This document shows, piece by piece, positions 63,925 to 64,000 of a DNA stretch of 64,000 bases. The stretch spans positions 164,052,001 to 164,116,000 of the forward strand of contig NC_043000.1 in assembly GCF_006345805.1 (NCBI RefSeq). The letters run 5' to 3'. The notes beneath the pieces were generated by a model, which saw only the letters and a list, made by a program, of their open reading frames with translations, was not told the origin of the DNA and made no database searches. Each line of letters starts with the position of its first letter. Position 1 is the stretch's first letter. Position numbers and translations under genes: made by a program. This stretch comes from Octopus sinensis. Lineage: Eukaryota.

Positions 63925-64000
63925 CTGCAATTAAAGAAATTGAGAGGGAAATTACAATAAATAAGATAGACATTGTTTTATACTCTGTTGTGTCTGGGGA

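Overview
AT-rich, repeat-dense animal genomic DNA. The SINE/LINE/Penelope repeat types and abundant (TA)n suggest an octopus or other coleoid cephalopod (inference, not verified). Two protein-coding genes were reconstructed by hand. (1) A minus-strand fasciclin-1-like gene has 9 phase-compatible exons in the window (63924 to 12473, 464 aa, three FAS1 repeats and a C-terminal GPI-anchor-like signal); its 5' end lies beyond the window. (2) A convergent plus-strand gene (CDS 7540-7833) encodes a 97-aa secreted precursor: signal peptide, RERR site and a 71-aa Gly/Tyr/His-rich peptide with six GHGGY motifs. One 28.6-kb fasciclin intron holds a homogeneous 19.6-kb tandem array of about 59 copies of a 333-bp unit. 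The introns also carry at least five Penelope-like elements, several with minimal type-I hammerhead ribozyme motifs, plus CR1-clade and RTE LINE remnants, a Tigger/pogo remnant, a hAT MITE, Helitron/Helentron-type non-autonomous elements and many tRNA-derived SINEs. Most ORFs in the supplied track are microsatellite artefacts. Repeat boundaries are approximate; exon and ribozyme coordinates were counted base by base.
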